In this document: positions 18,069-27,414 of the stretch, in pieces
How the letters are laid out: each line of letters starts with the position of its first letter
Numbering within the stretch: position 1 is the first letter of the stretch
NCBI GenBank assembly: GCA_019058445.1
Contig: JAHPZA010000003.1
Coordinates: forward strand, 387,516-451,515
Source: Promethearchaeota archaeon
GTDB lineage: Archaea > Asgardarchaeota > Lokiarchaeia > Sigyniarchaeales > SOKP01
Direction: 5' to 3'
DNA length: 64,000 nt
Notes under the pieces: generated by a model
What the model was told of the DNA's origin: nothing
Seen by the model: only the letters and a program-made list of their open reading frames with translations
Databases searched by the model: none
Program-made: the position numbers and the translations under genes

Positions 18069-19237
18069 GTATTATAACTGTTGATGAGATTTTGGAGCCA
18101 AAATTACAATTTGCCACAGGAAATGATGCAATAGCATATGGGGCACTTTTAGCCAATTGTCGTTTTTTTGCGGGATATCCTATAACTCCTGCAACTGAAA
18201 TCTTAGAATTAATGGCTAGATACTTACCTTTATTAGATGGAGGGTATTGTTTACAAATGGAAGATGAGATAGCATCCATGGCAGCAATAATCGGAGCAAG
18301 TTGGAATAATTATCGTACCATGACTGCAACATCAGGTCCCGGTTTTTCTCTTATGCAAGAAAACATAGGTTATGCCTGCATGACAGAGACTCCCTGTGTT
18401 ATAGTTAATGTTCAAAGATCTGGACCATCAACGGGACAACCAACCAAACCTGCTCAAGGAGATGTAATGGAAGCAAGATGGGGCACTCATGGAGATCATT
18501 ACGTAATAGTACTTTATCCTAATAGCGTTCAAGAGAGTTTATGGATTACTATTAGAGCATTTAATCTAGCAGATAAATATCGCGTTCCTGTCATCTTATT
18601 ATCCGATGCTGCTCTTGCTCATACCAGAGAAAAACTTACAATTCCCCTCCAAAATAATATTGACATTATAAATAGAATGCCAGTTACCATTGAGAAATCA
18701 AAATATCATCCATTTCGCACAGGCTTTATTCATCCTTCAAAAGTACCAGAGATGGATATATTTGGTCAGAAATATCATACTTATTTAACCGGCTTAACTC
18801 ATGATTGGAAGGCATACCCTGCAACAGACAGTGCTAAAGTACATGAACAATTAGTAAGGAGGTTTTATGAAAAAATCGTAGATAATCATTCAGATATAGT
18901 ATCGATGGAATTAAAATACATGGATGATGCAGATATTGTAGTGGTATCCTATGGCATTGCTTCAAGACCAGCTCTTGCAGCAGTTGAGCGGGCTCGAGCT
19001 GAGGGCTATAAAGTGGGATATTTACGACTAATTACTTTATGGCCTTTTCCCCATGATGAGATATATGAAATTTCCCTAGACACTAAGAAGTTTGTAGTTG
19101 TTGAGATGAATCTTGGGCAAATTTATCATAAAATAGTTGAGCATTCTAGAGGGAATAGTGAAGTGATAAAGTGCTTCAAAATCGGAGGAGAATTACACAC
19201 TCCAAAAGAAATTCTAAAAAAAATTAAATCCAGGTGA
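18065..19237 (+). CDS. 2-oxoacid:ferredoxin oxidoreductase alpha subunit
   Basis: 390 aa. Contains GNDAIAYGAL...FFAGYPITPATEI and VQRSGPSTGQPT. A GGAGG element lies upstream. Confidence 0.9.
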   Translation: MSIITVDEILEPKLQFATGNDAIAYGALLANCRFFAGYPITPATEILELMARYLPLLDGGYCLQMEDEIASMAAIIGASWNNYRTMTATSGPGFSLMQENIGYACMTETPCVIVNVQRSGPSTGQPTKPAQGDVMEARWGTHGDHYVIVLYPNSVQESLWITIRAFNLADKYRVPVILLSDAALAHTREKLTIPLQNNIDIINRMPVTIEKSKYHPFRTGFIHPSKVPEMDIFGQKYHTYLTGLTHDWKAYPATDSAKVHEQLVRRFYEKIVDNHSDIVSMELKYMDDADIVVVSYGIASRPALAAVERARAEGYKVGYLRLITLWPFPHDEIYEISLDTKKFVVVEMNLGQIYHKIVEHSRGNSEVIKCFKIGGELHTPKEILKKIKSR

Positions 19238-20115
19238 TTAAAATAGCAAATTCGACAAAGGATTTAAGAGAGAAATATTTGAGAAAAGATTTATTGCCTA
19301 CGATATTTTGCCCTGGATGTGGAAATGGTCAAGTTTTAAATTATGTGATAAGAGCTATTGATGCATTAAACATTTCTCAAGATAATTTAGTATTTGTTTC
19401 GGGTATTGGTTGCTCATCAAGATTACCAGCTTATTTAGAAGCTTATGGGGTTCATACCACTCATGGTCGGGCTATAGCGTATGCAACTGGAATAAAATTA
19501 ACAAACCCAGAGTTAACAGTTATAGTATTTACGGGAGATGGGGATATCTCTGCCATTGGATTGAATCATTTTCTACAGGCGATTAGAAGAAATATTTCCA
19601 TAACAGTAATATGCATTAACAACGAGAACTATGGGATGACTGGAGGGCAAGTCTCCCCCACTACTCCTATGGGACATTTTTCAACAACAACACCTTACCA
19701 AAACATTGAACATTCTTTCAATTTATCATTTCTGGCAAAAGCAGCAGGGGCTTCATATGTAGCAAGGTGGACTACAGCTCATTCCTTACAAGCAATTAAA
19801 TCAATTAAAAAAGGACTCCAAAAACAAGGATTAGCATTTATCGAGATGCTATCACCTTGTCCAGTAAGTAAGAAGACTTTCAAAAATACAACAGAATATT
19901 TACAATACTATTTAAATGAATCCATTAGTTATTCTCCTAATCAGAATAATAATACTTCAGCTCATGTTTTTAAAGATTTACATGAATGCTTTACCGCCCA
20001 ATATGAGGGTAAAATTATTGTTGGTGAAATAATTGATAAAGAGAAACCAAATTATCATCAATTATATGAAGATTTAAGAGTGAGAGCTAGAAATGAGTTC
20101 CGAAAAAACAAATAA
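19234..20115 (+). CDS. 2-oxoacid:ferredoxin oxidoreductase beta subunit (TPP-binding)
   Basis: 293 aa. Contains FCPGCGNG and FTGDGDISAIGLNHF. Shares a 4-nt overlap with the alpha subunit. Confidence 0.9.
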   Translation: MIKIANSTKDLREKYLRKDLLPTIFCPGCGNGQVLNYVIRAIDALNISQDNLVFVSGIGCSSRLPAYLEAYGVHTTHGRAIAYATGIKLTNPELTVIVFTGDGDISAIGLNHFLQAIRRNISITVICINNENYGMTGGQVSPTTPMGHFSTTTPYQNIEHSFNLSFLAKAAGASYVARWTTAHSLQAIKSIKKGLQKQGLAFIEMLSPCPVSKKTFKNTTEYLQYYLNESISYSPNQNNNTSAHVFKDLHECFTAQYEGKIIVGEIIDKEKPNYHQLYEDLRVRARNEFRKNK

Positions 20116-20641
20116 TGATATTGGTATACGAATATGTGGTATAGGTGGTATGGGAGTAATCCTCTCAAGCATAATTTTAGGTAAAGCAGCAATTTATGAT
20201 CATAAAAATGCCATTCAAACTCAATCATATGGTGCGGAACAGCGCGGATCAAAAGTAAGGAGTGATGTGATTATTTCGAAAAAAGAATCCATTAATTATC
20301 CCGTTATAGACAATGCGGATATTTTAATTGCTCTATCTCAAGATGCGTTCAATAAATTTTCTCCCAGTATAAAAAAAGATGGGATTATAATAATAAATTC
20401 TGATCTTGTTCAAGTTACTGAAGAAGTTAATAATTTATATCAACTACCAGCAACAACAATGGCTAAAGAGTTAAATCTTAAGAAAGTCGCTAATATAGTA
20501 ATGCTTGGAGCATTTGTCAAAATTTCTGGGATTGTATCTGAAGAATCAGTAATAAAATCTATTTCTGAAACTTTTCGAGAGAATCATGTTGCCATAAACA
20601 TTGATGCTTTTAAAATAGGATTCAATTACTTTAAAGAATAA
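20093..20641 (+). CDS. 2-oxoacid:ferredoxin oxidoreductase gamma subunit
   Basis: 182 aa. Contains IRICGIGGMGVILSS...QTQSYGAEQRGS. Overlaps the end of the beta subunit. Confidence 0.85.
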   Translation: MSSEKTNNDIGIRICGIGGMGVILSSIILGKAAIYDHKNAIQTQSYGAEQRGSKVRSDVIISKKESINYPVIDNADILIALSQDAFNKFSPSIKKDGIIIINSDLVQVTEEVNNLYQLPATTMAKELNLKKVANIVMLGAFVKISGIVSEESVIKSISETFRENHVAINIDAFKIGFNYFKE

Positions 20642-20720
20642 TTCAAATTCAAAACGTTTTTAGGATTTATAAAATATTTATAAATCTATAAAAAATCACA
20701 TTTCTCTTATAATTGTTTCT

Positions 20721-22043
20721 ATGCATAATAAGTACATCATCCATCTAATTATTGCTAGTATTCTGTGGGGTCTTGTACCTATCTTAGTTTATGGTCTTTT
20801 TGCAGAAATCTCAATATTAATGATTATTTTCTTAAGATTTTTTATTTCAGGAGTAGTGTTTCTATGTCTATCTTTAATTTATATTTATTTTAATAATAAA
20901 TCTGCTACTGATGAAAAGTCTAAAATAAAATTGAAGGATTTAATGAAAAGCACCCTAAATAAAAATAAAAATTTTAATAATATGTATAATCTGTTGTATT
21001 ATTCATTTCTGGGCTTTTTTGGAATCATTTTACAAATCATTGGCTATTTTTTAGCTCTGAAAACTACTTCTATTGCATTTACAATGATTGGTTTTCAATT
21101 AAGTATAATACTAATAGCCTTTTATGAACATGGGGTAAATTCAGAAAAGTTGGACTTCTTCAAGTTTCTCTATCTCTTAATTTTAATTTTTTCGATTGGA
21201 ATTATAATTTATGTGAAACTCCAAGAATCAAATACCATTCAAAATCCTATTATGGGCATATTTTATGTTATCTTATTTACCGCAAGTTTAACTTTTTTGC
21301 AAATAGGTTTAGGGAAAGAATCGTACACTAAAAGTGAAATAAAATTAATAAATATCAATCAAAACTATAAAATGGCCCGAATGATGTTTAGAATTGCCCT
21401 AATTTTTCTTACTGGTATTGGAATTATGTTTCCATTTCTTATAATAGTTGATTCTGTTCCAGTTAAAGGAGATTTAACTAATGAAACTACCTTATTTTTT
21501 AATGAATTCACCTATCTTTTTCAGATTTTAATGAGATGGGAAGTCCTATTTCTAATAGTATTTTCAACAATCGTTCCCTACGTTTTATTTTTTATGGCGG
21601 AAGCAAATTGGAGTCCTTATGAACTGACGTATAATCAATGGATCGCAATTATCGCTGTCATAGAGCCTATATGTGGCATATTCTTAGGTGTATTAATTAT
21701 TAATGAATATTTTCCCACAGAATATCTGATTATTGTAATATTTTTACTTATTATCTCTATTTTATTTCGATATGCTCATGAGTCAAAAAATAAAGTTAAT
21801 GCATTTCTATTAATAAAGCATAAATTTGGTATACTAAAAGATTTACCGCTTAAATTGTTGAAATTCAACGGGATTTGTTGTGTAAGCCCGTTAATTGGTA
21901 AATTCGACCTCCTTTTAAATGTCAAAACTAATTCCATAAAGGATTTTTATTACTTAATTGATACTCAATTAAGAAGTATAGAAGGGATAACCAATATAGA
22001 GATACTTTTTATTAAAAATATAAATAAATTAGATATAACTTGA
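20721..22043 (+). CDS. EamA/DMT-type 10-TM transporter fused to a C-terminal RAM (Lrp/AsnC ligand-binding) domain
   Basis: 440 aa. The N-terminal ~350 aa are hydrophobic with an EamA-like start (ILWGLVPILV...FLRFF). The C-terminal ~75 aa (NAFLLIKHKFGILKDLP...GKFDLLLNVKTNSIKDFYYLIDTQLRSIEGITNIEILFI) align with the stand-alone RAM protein that follows. Confidence 0.6.
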   Translation: MHNKYIIHLIIASILWGLVPILVYGLFAEISILMIIFLRFFISGVVFLCLSLIYIYFNNKSATDEKSKIKLKDLMKSTLNKNKNFNNMYNLLYYSFLGFFGIILQIIGYFLALKTTSIAFTMIGFQLSIILIAFYEHGVNSEKLDFFKFLYLLILIFSIGIIIYVKLQESNTIQNPIMGIFYVILFTASLTFLQIGLGKESYTKSEIKLININQNYKMARMMFRIALIFLTGIGIMFPFLIIVDSVPVKGDLTNETTLFFNEFTYLFQILMRWEVLFLIVFSTIVPYVLFFMAEANWSPYELTYNQWIAIIAVIEPICGIFLGVLIINEYFPTEYLIIVIFLLIISILFRYAHESKNKVNAFLLIKHKFGILKDLPLKLLKFNGICCVSPLIGKFDLLLNVKTNSIKDFYYLIDTQLRSIEGITNIEILFIKNINKLDIT

Positions 22044-22074
22044 AAATTTTTACAAACCTATAAGGTGATTTAGA

Positions 22075-22320
22075 ATGACTATTAAAGCTCTTATATTTTG
22101 CCAAGTGGAACATAAAGCCATGAGAAAAGTAATTGAAGATTTTAAAAATATACCAGAAATCAAAAGAGTTTTTTCTTTAACGGGAGATTATGATATTTTA
22201 GCTGAAATTGAAGTGGATTCATCTGAGGAGTTATTTGATTCATTTGCTAAAAAAATTGATCTTATTGAAGGAATTATCAATACAAATACTCATGTCATTA
22301 TGAAAGAATTCATTAAATAA
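22075..22320 (+). CDS. Stand-alone RAM / Lrp-AsnC ligand-binding domain protein (no HTH)
   Basis: 81 aa. KALIFCQVEHKAMRKVIEDFKNIPEIKRVFSLTGDYDILAEIEVDSSEELFDSF...IEGIINTNTHVIM fits a beta-alpha-beta-beta-alpha-beta pattern. AGGTGA lies 6 nt upstream of the ATG. Confidence 0.7.
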   Translation: MTIKALIFCQVEHKAMRKVIEDFKNIPEIKRVFSLTGDYDILAEIEVDSSEELFDSFAKKIDLIEGIINTNTHVIMKEFIK

Positions 22321-22423
22321 AGGGGATTTAAGCTATCAGAAATTTTGCTTTAAATCTTTTCCTAAGAAGTTTTTATAAGTGAAAGAAACTAAATAGATAT
22401 TATTAAAATATAAGGGGGAAAAA

Positions 22424-23509
22424 ATGAATACAAAAAATACTAAGTATGATCCATTTATGAGGGGTCCTTTTCCAGTAGGAGTTAAAAGCCAAGATTTAAT
22501 CGATTCCAAAAGAGGTAGAAAAATTCCCATCGAAATTTGGTATCCTGCTACTGATGAGTATTTAGGAATGGATCTAGATGAGAAAACAAAGGATAAATAC
22601 CGGCTTTTTTCCCGTGTAAAACAAGAAGCTGTGCGTGATGCTCCTATTAGGAAAGGTATATTTCCTTTAGTTATGTTCTCCCATGGTTATAGTGGTCATC
22701 GTCGACAATCAACCCATTTTTGTTGCCACTTAGCAAGCCATGGATATATAGTCTCATCCCCAGATCATTTAGGAAATACGATATTTGAGATGTTAGAGAA
22801 TTATACTTTTAATAAAAAAGTTGCTACACCTGAAGATATGATTAAAATTACTAAAAGCTCAATGATTGATAGACCTTTAGACATCAGTTTTGTTATCGAC
22901 AGTTTATTAGCTGGAGGAACATCAATATCAAAAACAAGTATTAATGTAAAGAAAATTGGTATGACAGGACATAGCTTTGGTGGTTGGACCACGCTAAAAG
23001 TCTGTGAAAAGGAGGATAGAATATGTGCAGCATTACCTCTCGCTCCAGCGGGGGGAAAGCCCTGGTCAGATGATATTGGCCAATTACTTTATAAAAATCT
23101 CAATTTAAATTGGACTCACAGTATTCCAACGCTCTACCTCGTTGCAGAAAGAGATAGTGAATTGTCTCTGGAATCAATGCATGATCTTTTACGTCGAACT
23201 CAAGAACCTAAATGCATGGTTGTTTTACAAAACGCAGATCATTTCCATTTTTGTGATATGGCAGATCAAATTCATGAATACTTTCGTAGAACAAGAGAAA
23301 CAGTAAGCCATGATGTTTCTGCTGCATCTGAGAAAATGAGCCCATTTTCAGAGCTCTGCCCTGCTATTGAAGGATATAACTATTTACGCGGTCTTGGTCT
23401 TGCTCACATGGATGCTCATCTTAAATTAAAACAAGAAGCTACTAATTTACTAATTAATGATGTCAAATTAGCATTGGAAAAACATGGAATTTCAGTCAAA
23501 GTTTTCTAG
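22424..23509 (+). CDS. Alpha/beta hydrolase (dienelactone hydrolase / PAF-acetylhydrolase-like)
   Basis: 361 aa. Nucleophile elbow GHSFGG, PLVMFSHGYSG, and a late NADHFHF (His). Confidence 0.7.
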   Translation: MNTKNTKYDPFMRGPFPVGVKSQDLIDSKRGRKIPIEIWYPATDEYLGMDLDEKTKDKYRLFSRVKQEAVRDAPIRKGIFPLVMFSHGYSGHRRQSTHFCCHLASHGYIVSSPDHLGNTIFEMLENYTFNKKVATPEDMIKITKSSMIDRPLDISFVIDSLLAGGTSISKTSINVKKIGMTGHSFGGWTTLKVCEKEDRICAALPLAPAGGKPWSDDIGQLLYKNLNLNWTHSIPTLYLVAERDSELSLESMHDLLRRTQEPKCMVVLQNADHFHFCDMADQIHEYFRRTRETVSHDVSAASEKMSPFSELCPAIEGYNYLRGLGLAHMDAHLKLKQEATNLLINDVKLALEKHGISVKVF

Positions 23510-23687
23510 TATTTTTTCTTTACTTTATGTAGTTATGAAAGAATTTATTAAATAATAAGATTCAATTAATTCTGCTTATATTCTGAAAAGCCTCTCCTTA
23601 TGAATATTATAGAATATAATGAGAGTATTTTTGTTCAATTCTTTTTACTTTTCAATTGATAGAGGTTTTAGAAAGGTGATTAAAAAA

Positions 23688-23855
23688 ATGGCTAAATTAA
23701 TCTGTAATGTATGTGGATCTGAAAAAGATGTGCCAAAATGCTGTGATAAATCGATGATTTTAAAGGATAATTATTTAATGTGCTGTTGCTCAGATAATTG
23801 CGGTCATCAACACATTCCAGAATGTTGTGGTCAACCAATGAATTATATTGATTAA
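23688..23855 (+). CDS. Cys-rich miniprotein with two desulforedoxin-like C...CC-x3-M motifs
   Basis: 55 aa from ATG 23688 (AGGTGA 7 nt upstream): MAKLICNVCGSEKDVPKCCDKSMILKDNYLMCCCSDNCGHQHIPECCGQPMNYID, with 11 Cys. The repeated unit is (V/I)P(K/E)CC(D/G)(K/Q)(S/P)M. Confidence 0.5.
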   Translation: MAKLICNVCGSEKDVPKCCDKSMILKDNYLMCCCSDNCGHQHIPECCGQPMNYID

Positions 23856-23901
23856 AATTCCAAAAAAGATATAAAAAAAATAAAATATAAAAAAATCTGA
23901 T

Positions 23902-25494
23902 TTACCAAACTATATTATTAATAACATCTTTAGCCTGATCTGCTTCTTTCTTACTTAAGATCTTCTGTATTCGTAAATCGTTAATAGCATCTTCCAACTG
24001 CATATCTACATTTTTGATAGATTCCATAAGGTTGTTATTTTCTCCCTCAGTCTCAACCAAATCAACCATTGGGGTGTATTTATTCATAAGATTATGAAGC
24101 TCTTTTCTAAAACTTTCTGTAACTTTTGTTCTTTGAACTTTTCCCCTGTCAATCATCAATGGCAACACCGGGGCTCTTTCTGCTGTTCGGTTGGTATTTG
24201 GGTCAACAAAATAAAAAATAAAGATTGGAATTCCTACGACGATATTTTGCGTGTTAATTTCGATTGTATAATTATTGAAGAAATTTTGAAGATCTGTTAA
24301 TTCTCCATTCTTAATGCCTTCAATATTATCCAAACAACTCTGTTTTTCATTTTTTATTTGAACATTAATAACCTCTGCAGACGCTAAGTCCGAGCTTAAG
24401 CCCTTATGTTTTGAATCTATGTCCCTTTGGACTTCAGAAATCCTACGCTCAAGTTCGGAAACTTTAGTATTATGAGAATTTTCAATATCTCTTGCCTCAC
24501 GGTTTAAGTTTTTCTTTAACTGAGCGATTTCTGTATTATACCTACTAATTAAATTTCCCATATCGTTATATCTCAATTCTACTTCATTCATACCTTCATC
24601 AAGAAGAGAAAGATCTTTTTGATTAACGGCATTCTTTACGCGTTCAACTCCGTTCCTTAATGCATTTATATGGTTATTGAATTCACCTGTTTTATCGCTA
24701 ATTCTATAATTACCAGACTTTAATAATTCATCGGGTTTGTTTTTTAGATCTCTTTCTTTTTCTTGTTTCAATTCACTATTGAGTCTAGCGAGTTGTTTCT
24801 CTTCTTCTCTTGTATCTACAGTAGTGCCTTTAATCTTTTCCACTTCTTGAGAACTTTTTTGAAGCCACTTGTCGCATAATTTTATTATTTGTTGAGCATA
24901 ATTATCCAGAGTATTTACATCCTTTAAATCTACAAAATCATAGACATCTTGGACGATTTTGACTTGATTAACACTTTTAGCAATTGGGTCCCCCTCTAAT
25001 AAAAAGTATGGTTCTCCAAAAGAGCTTAAATTATATTGATTTAAGAAAAAATTCTTAAAATAGCCTATTTCATTAGTATTAAATACAGCTTCTTGGACTA
25101 TCGTCGCTCGTTTATAATTCTTACTTTTTTTCAAATAAGCAGAGTTATATGAACGTAGAGAATCTAAAAATGTAGAAGGATCAGCTCCCTTTATGATGTT
25201 GTTAGGCGGAGGAGGTAATTGATTGAAAGGACCCACTTTCAAAATTTCTTGTTTATTTAGAAAATATGAACAAACAGATGCTCTCGTATCGCTTAAAGGA
25301 ATTAATCTAACAGGCCAAAAACAGGTAGCAATTTTACTAATTTTTCCCTTTTTACTAATTTTTTTAGCTCCATAGATGTTTATACATTCTATAAGAGCCA
25401 TAGCAATTTCATTTAAAAGAGTCGCTTTAGACCGTGTAGGGATAACCTCTCCGAGATTAATAAGATAAGGGATTATTTTATCCATTTTATTCAT
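23902..25494 (-). CDS. Large uncharacterised protein: N-terminal globular domain, central coiled coil, C-terminal domain
   Basis: 530 aa. The first ~220 aa look globular (FWPVRLIPL, PPPPNN). Residues ~225-400 are heptad-rich (EEKQLARLNSELKQEKERDLK...). The C-terminus has IVVGIPIFIFYFVDPNTNRT. No family recognised. Confidence 0.5.
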   Translation of the reverse strand: MNKMDKIIPYLINLGEVIPTRSKATLLNEIAMALIECINIYGAKKISKKGKISKIATCFWPVRLIPLSDTRASVCSYFLNKQEILKVGPFNQLPPPPNNIIKGADPSTFLDSLRSYNSAYLKKSKNYKRATIVQEAVFNTNEIGYFKNFFLNQYNLSSFGEPYFLLEGDPIAKSVNQVKIVQDVYDFVDLKDVNTLDNYAQQIIKLCDKWLQKSSQEVEKIKGTTVDTREEEKQLARLNSELKQEKERDLKNKPDELLKSGNYRISDKTGEFNNHINALRNGVERVKNAVNQKDLSLLDEGMNEVELRYNDMGNLISRYNTEIAQLKKNLNREARDIENSHNTKVSELERRISEVQRDIDSKHKGLSSDLASAEVINVQIKNEKQSCLDNIEGIKNGELTDLQNFFNNYTIEINTQNIVVGIPIFIFYFVDPNTNRTAERAPVLPLMIDRGKVQRTKVTESFRKELHNLMNKYTPMVDLVETEGENNNLMESIKNVDMQLEDAINDLRIQKILSKKEADQAKDVINNIVW

Positions 25495-25637
25495 TCACCA
25501 TTTTATAGTTATCTTTATTACTTTTTAAAAATAGTTTTATAATTAAAGTTTTGGATTTGATTATTCATTAAATCAATAAAATTCATTAAAAGATTTGAAT
25601 TTCATTATATTAGTAACGATTAACAAAAACACTGAAT

Positions 25638-26369
25638 ATGAAAAAAAAAACCTATTTTCAAGTGGCACTCCTCTTTATACTTATTAACTCCTTTATTGTA
25701 ATAAATGCTACTGCTGTGGAATATACTCTGGATATCGATGAAAACACTAATTGGATATGGAGGGTTGATGAATTTGATGAGGACACATACGATGATATTT
25801 TTGAGGGTTATTCTGCAGAGGAGAAACCTGACAAACTTAATGAAGATGACCAACAAAAGATAAGTATAACAGACATCGATACCAGGGATGAAAAATGGGT
25901 CATATCTTATGAGAGATGGGACTATACAGATGACACTAATGACTTTAGCGACCAACCTGATGATGAAAAAATTAAAACTGTATATAAGGATCCTGAAGAT
26001 GAAGGTGATGATATTTTAGTTTTAGAGGATATAGCAAGTATGTGGATTGTTCCCTCACCTCATATTAATTATATAGAAGAATTTCATGATGAATTTGACA
26101 ATCCAAGCATTGATGTTTCTGTAGAAGACGATAAATTAGTAGCAAAAAATGCTATCGAAATGGCTAAATATGAGATTGAGATTGAATATGGGGATGATGG
26201 ATTGGCAGAGGAGATAGAATATATAGATGAGAATGGAGATACTTTTATAAAAATTACACTTATTAGAGAAACAGTTCCAGGTTTCAATGTCGGGCTTATT
26301 TTATTACTCATCTTTGGAGTAATTGCTATTATTATATGGAGAAAAAGGAGTATTTTTTCTAGTAATTAA
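25638..26369 (+). CDS. Secreted, highly acidic protein with PGF-CTERM-like C-terminal anchor
   Basis: 243 aa. It has an N-terminal signal-like MKKKTYFQVALLFILINSFIVINA and a D/E-rich body. The C-terminus is VPGFNVGLILLLIFGVIAIIIWRKR, i.e. PGF plus a TM segment plus a basic cluster. Confidence 0.6.
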   Translation: MKKKTYFQVALLFILINSFIVINATAVEYTLDIDENTNWIWRVDEFDEDTYDDIFEGYSAEEKPDKLNEDDQQKISITDIDTRDEKWVISYERWDYTDDTNDFSDQPDDEKIKTVYKDPEDEGDDILVLEDIASMWIVPSPHINYIEEFHDEFDNPSIDVSVEDDKLVAKNAIEMAKYEIEIEYGDDGLAEEIEYIDENGDTFIKITLIRETVPGFNVGLILLLIFGVIAIIIWRKRSIFSSN

Positions 26370-26511
26370 GGAGATTTGATTCCATTTTTATCCCCCTATT
26401 AAAAATTGTTGAATATACTTTATATTAGCCATAATTTTGTAAAATTCTTATTAATGTAATTATCATAGTATTAATTGATAAATCCTAAAAAAAAATAAAT
26501 TGGTGGTATAT

Positions 26512-27288
26512 ATGGTTGATAAGTTTTTAGAGGGAAAAGGCGCTCTCATTACAGGGGGCGCTTCTGGTTTTGGGAGAGGAACTGCTTATGCTTTTGCCGA
26601 GAGAGGTGCAGATATTATTTTAGTTGACATAAACGAAGAACAATTAGAGGAAACATCAAAAGATATTGCTCAAAAAACAGGACGGAAAGTCATTCCAATT
26701 GTATGTGATGTTTCCAAATCTGATCAAGTAGATGCTATGGCAAAGCAAGCATATCAAGAACTAGATAATGTATATATATTATTCAATAACGCAGGGATAG
26801 GTGTTGCCTATGGAAAAAATATTTGTAGAGTGAGAGAAGAACAATGGGATCATATTATGTCTGTTAACCTTAAAGGTCAATGGTTGGTGGCAAAATCAAT
26901 ATGGAGAAAGATGAAAGCACAAAAATTTGAGCCACTTTCTGGTAAAATTATATGTAACGCATCTGCTGCAGGTCTTCTTTTAATTCCTGAACTTCCTGCA
27001 TACAGCATTACAAAAGTCGGAGTAATGGCATTAACAAAATTATTAGCAAAAAGCTTAGCCCCTCAGATTACGGCAAATGCAGTATTACCTGGATTCCATA
27101 TAACTGGTATTTACATGAATAGTGAAGAGGCAGTACAAACAGTACTTGATGATCAAAATATAAAGATCCCATTAGGTCGAATTGGAACTGTGGATGATGT
27201 TGTTGATCTTTTAGTATATTTAGCATCTCCTGCTTCAAATTATATTACAGGCCAATGTATTCCTGTAGGTGGAGGAGTTTGTATTTGA
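26512..27288 (+). CDS. Short-chain dehydrogenase/reductase, paralog 1 of 3
   Basis: Contains ITGGASGFGRG, NNAG, and NASAAG...YSITK (S / Y-x3-K). I chose ATG 26512 by alignment of all three N-termini (MV[DE]KFLEG). Confidence 0.8.
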   Translation: MVDKFLEGKGALITGGASGFGRGTAYAFAERGADIILVDINEEQLEETSKDIAQKTGRKVIPIVCDVSKSDQVDAMAKQAYQELDNVYILFNNAGIGVAYGKNICRVREEQWDHIMSVNLKGQWLVAKSIWRKMKAQKFEPLSGKIICNASAAGLLLIPELPAYSITKVGVMALTKLLAKSLAPQITANAVLPGFHITGIYMNSEEAVQTVLDDQNIKIPLGRIGTVDDVVDLLVYLASPASNYITGQCIPVGGGVCI

Positions 27289-27414
27289 ATTTTATCTAAT
27301 TGAAGTAATTTAATTCATATTTTTTTTTCTTTATCTAGGATTTTTGAGATTTAAAACTTTAAATTAAATAACATCTCGATTATAACTATACTATCCACTA
27401 AAAAATTGAGAAAA

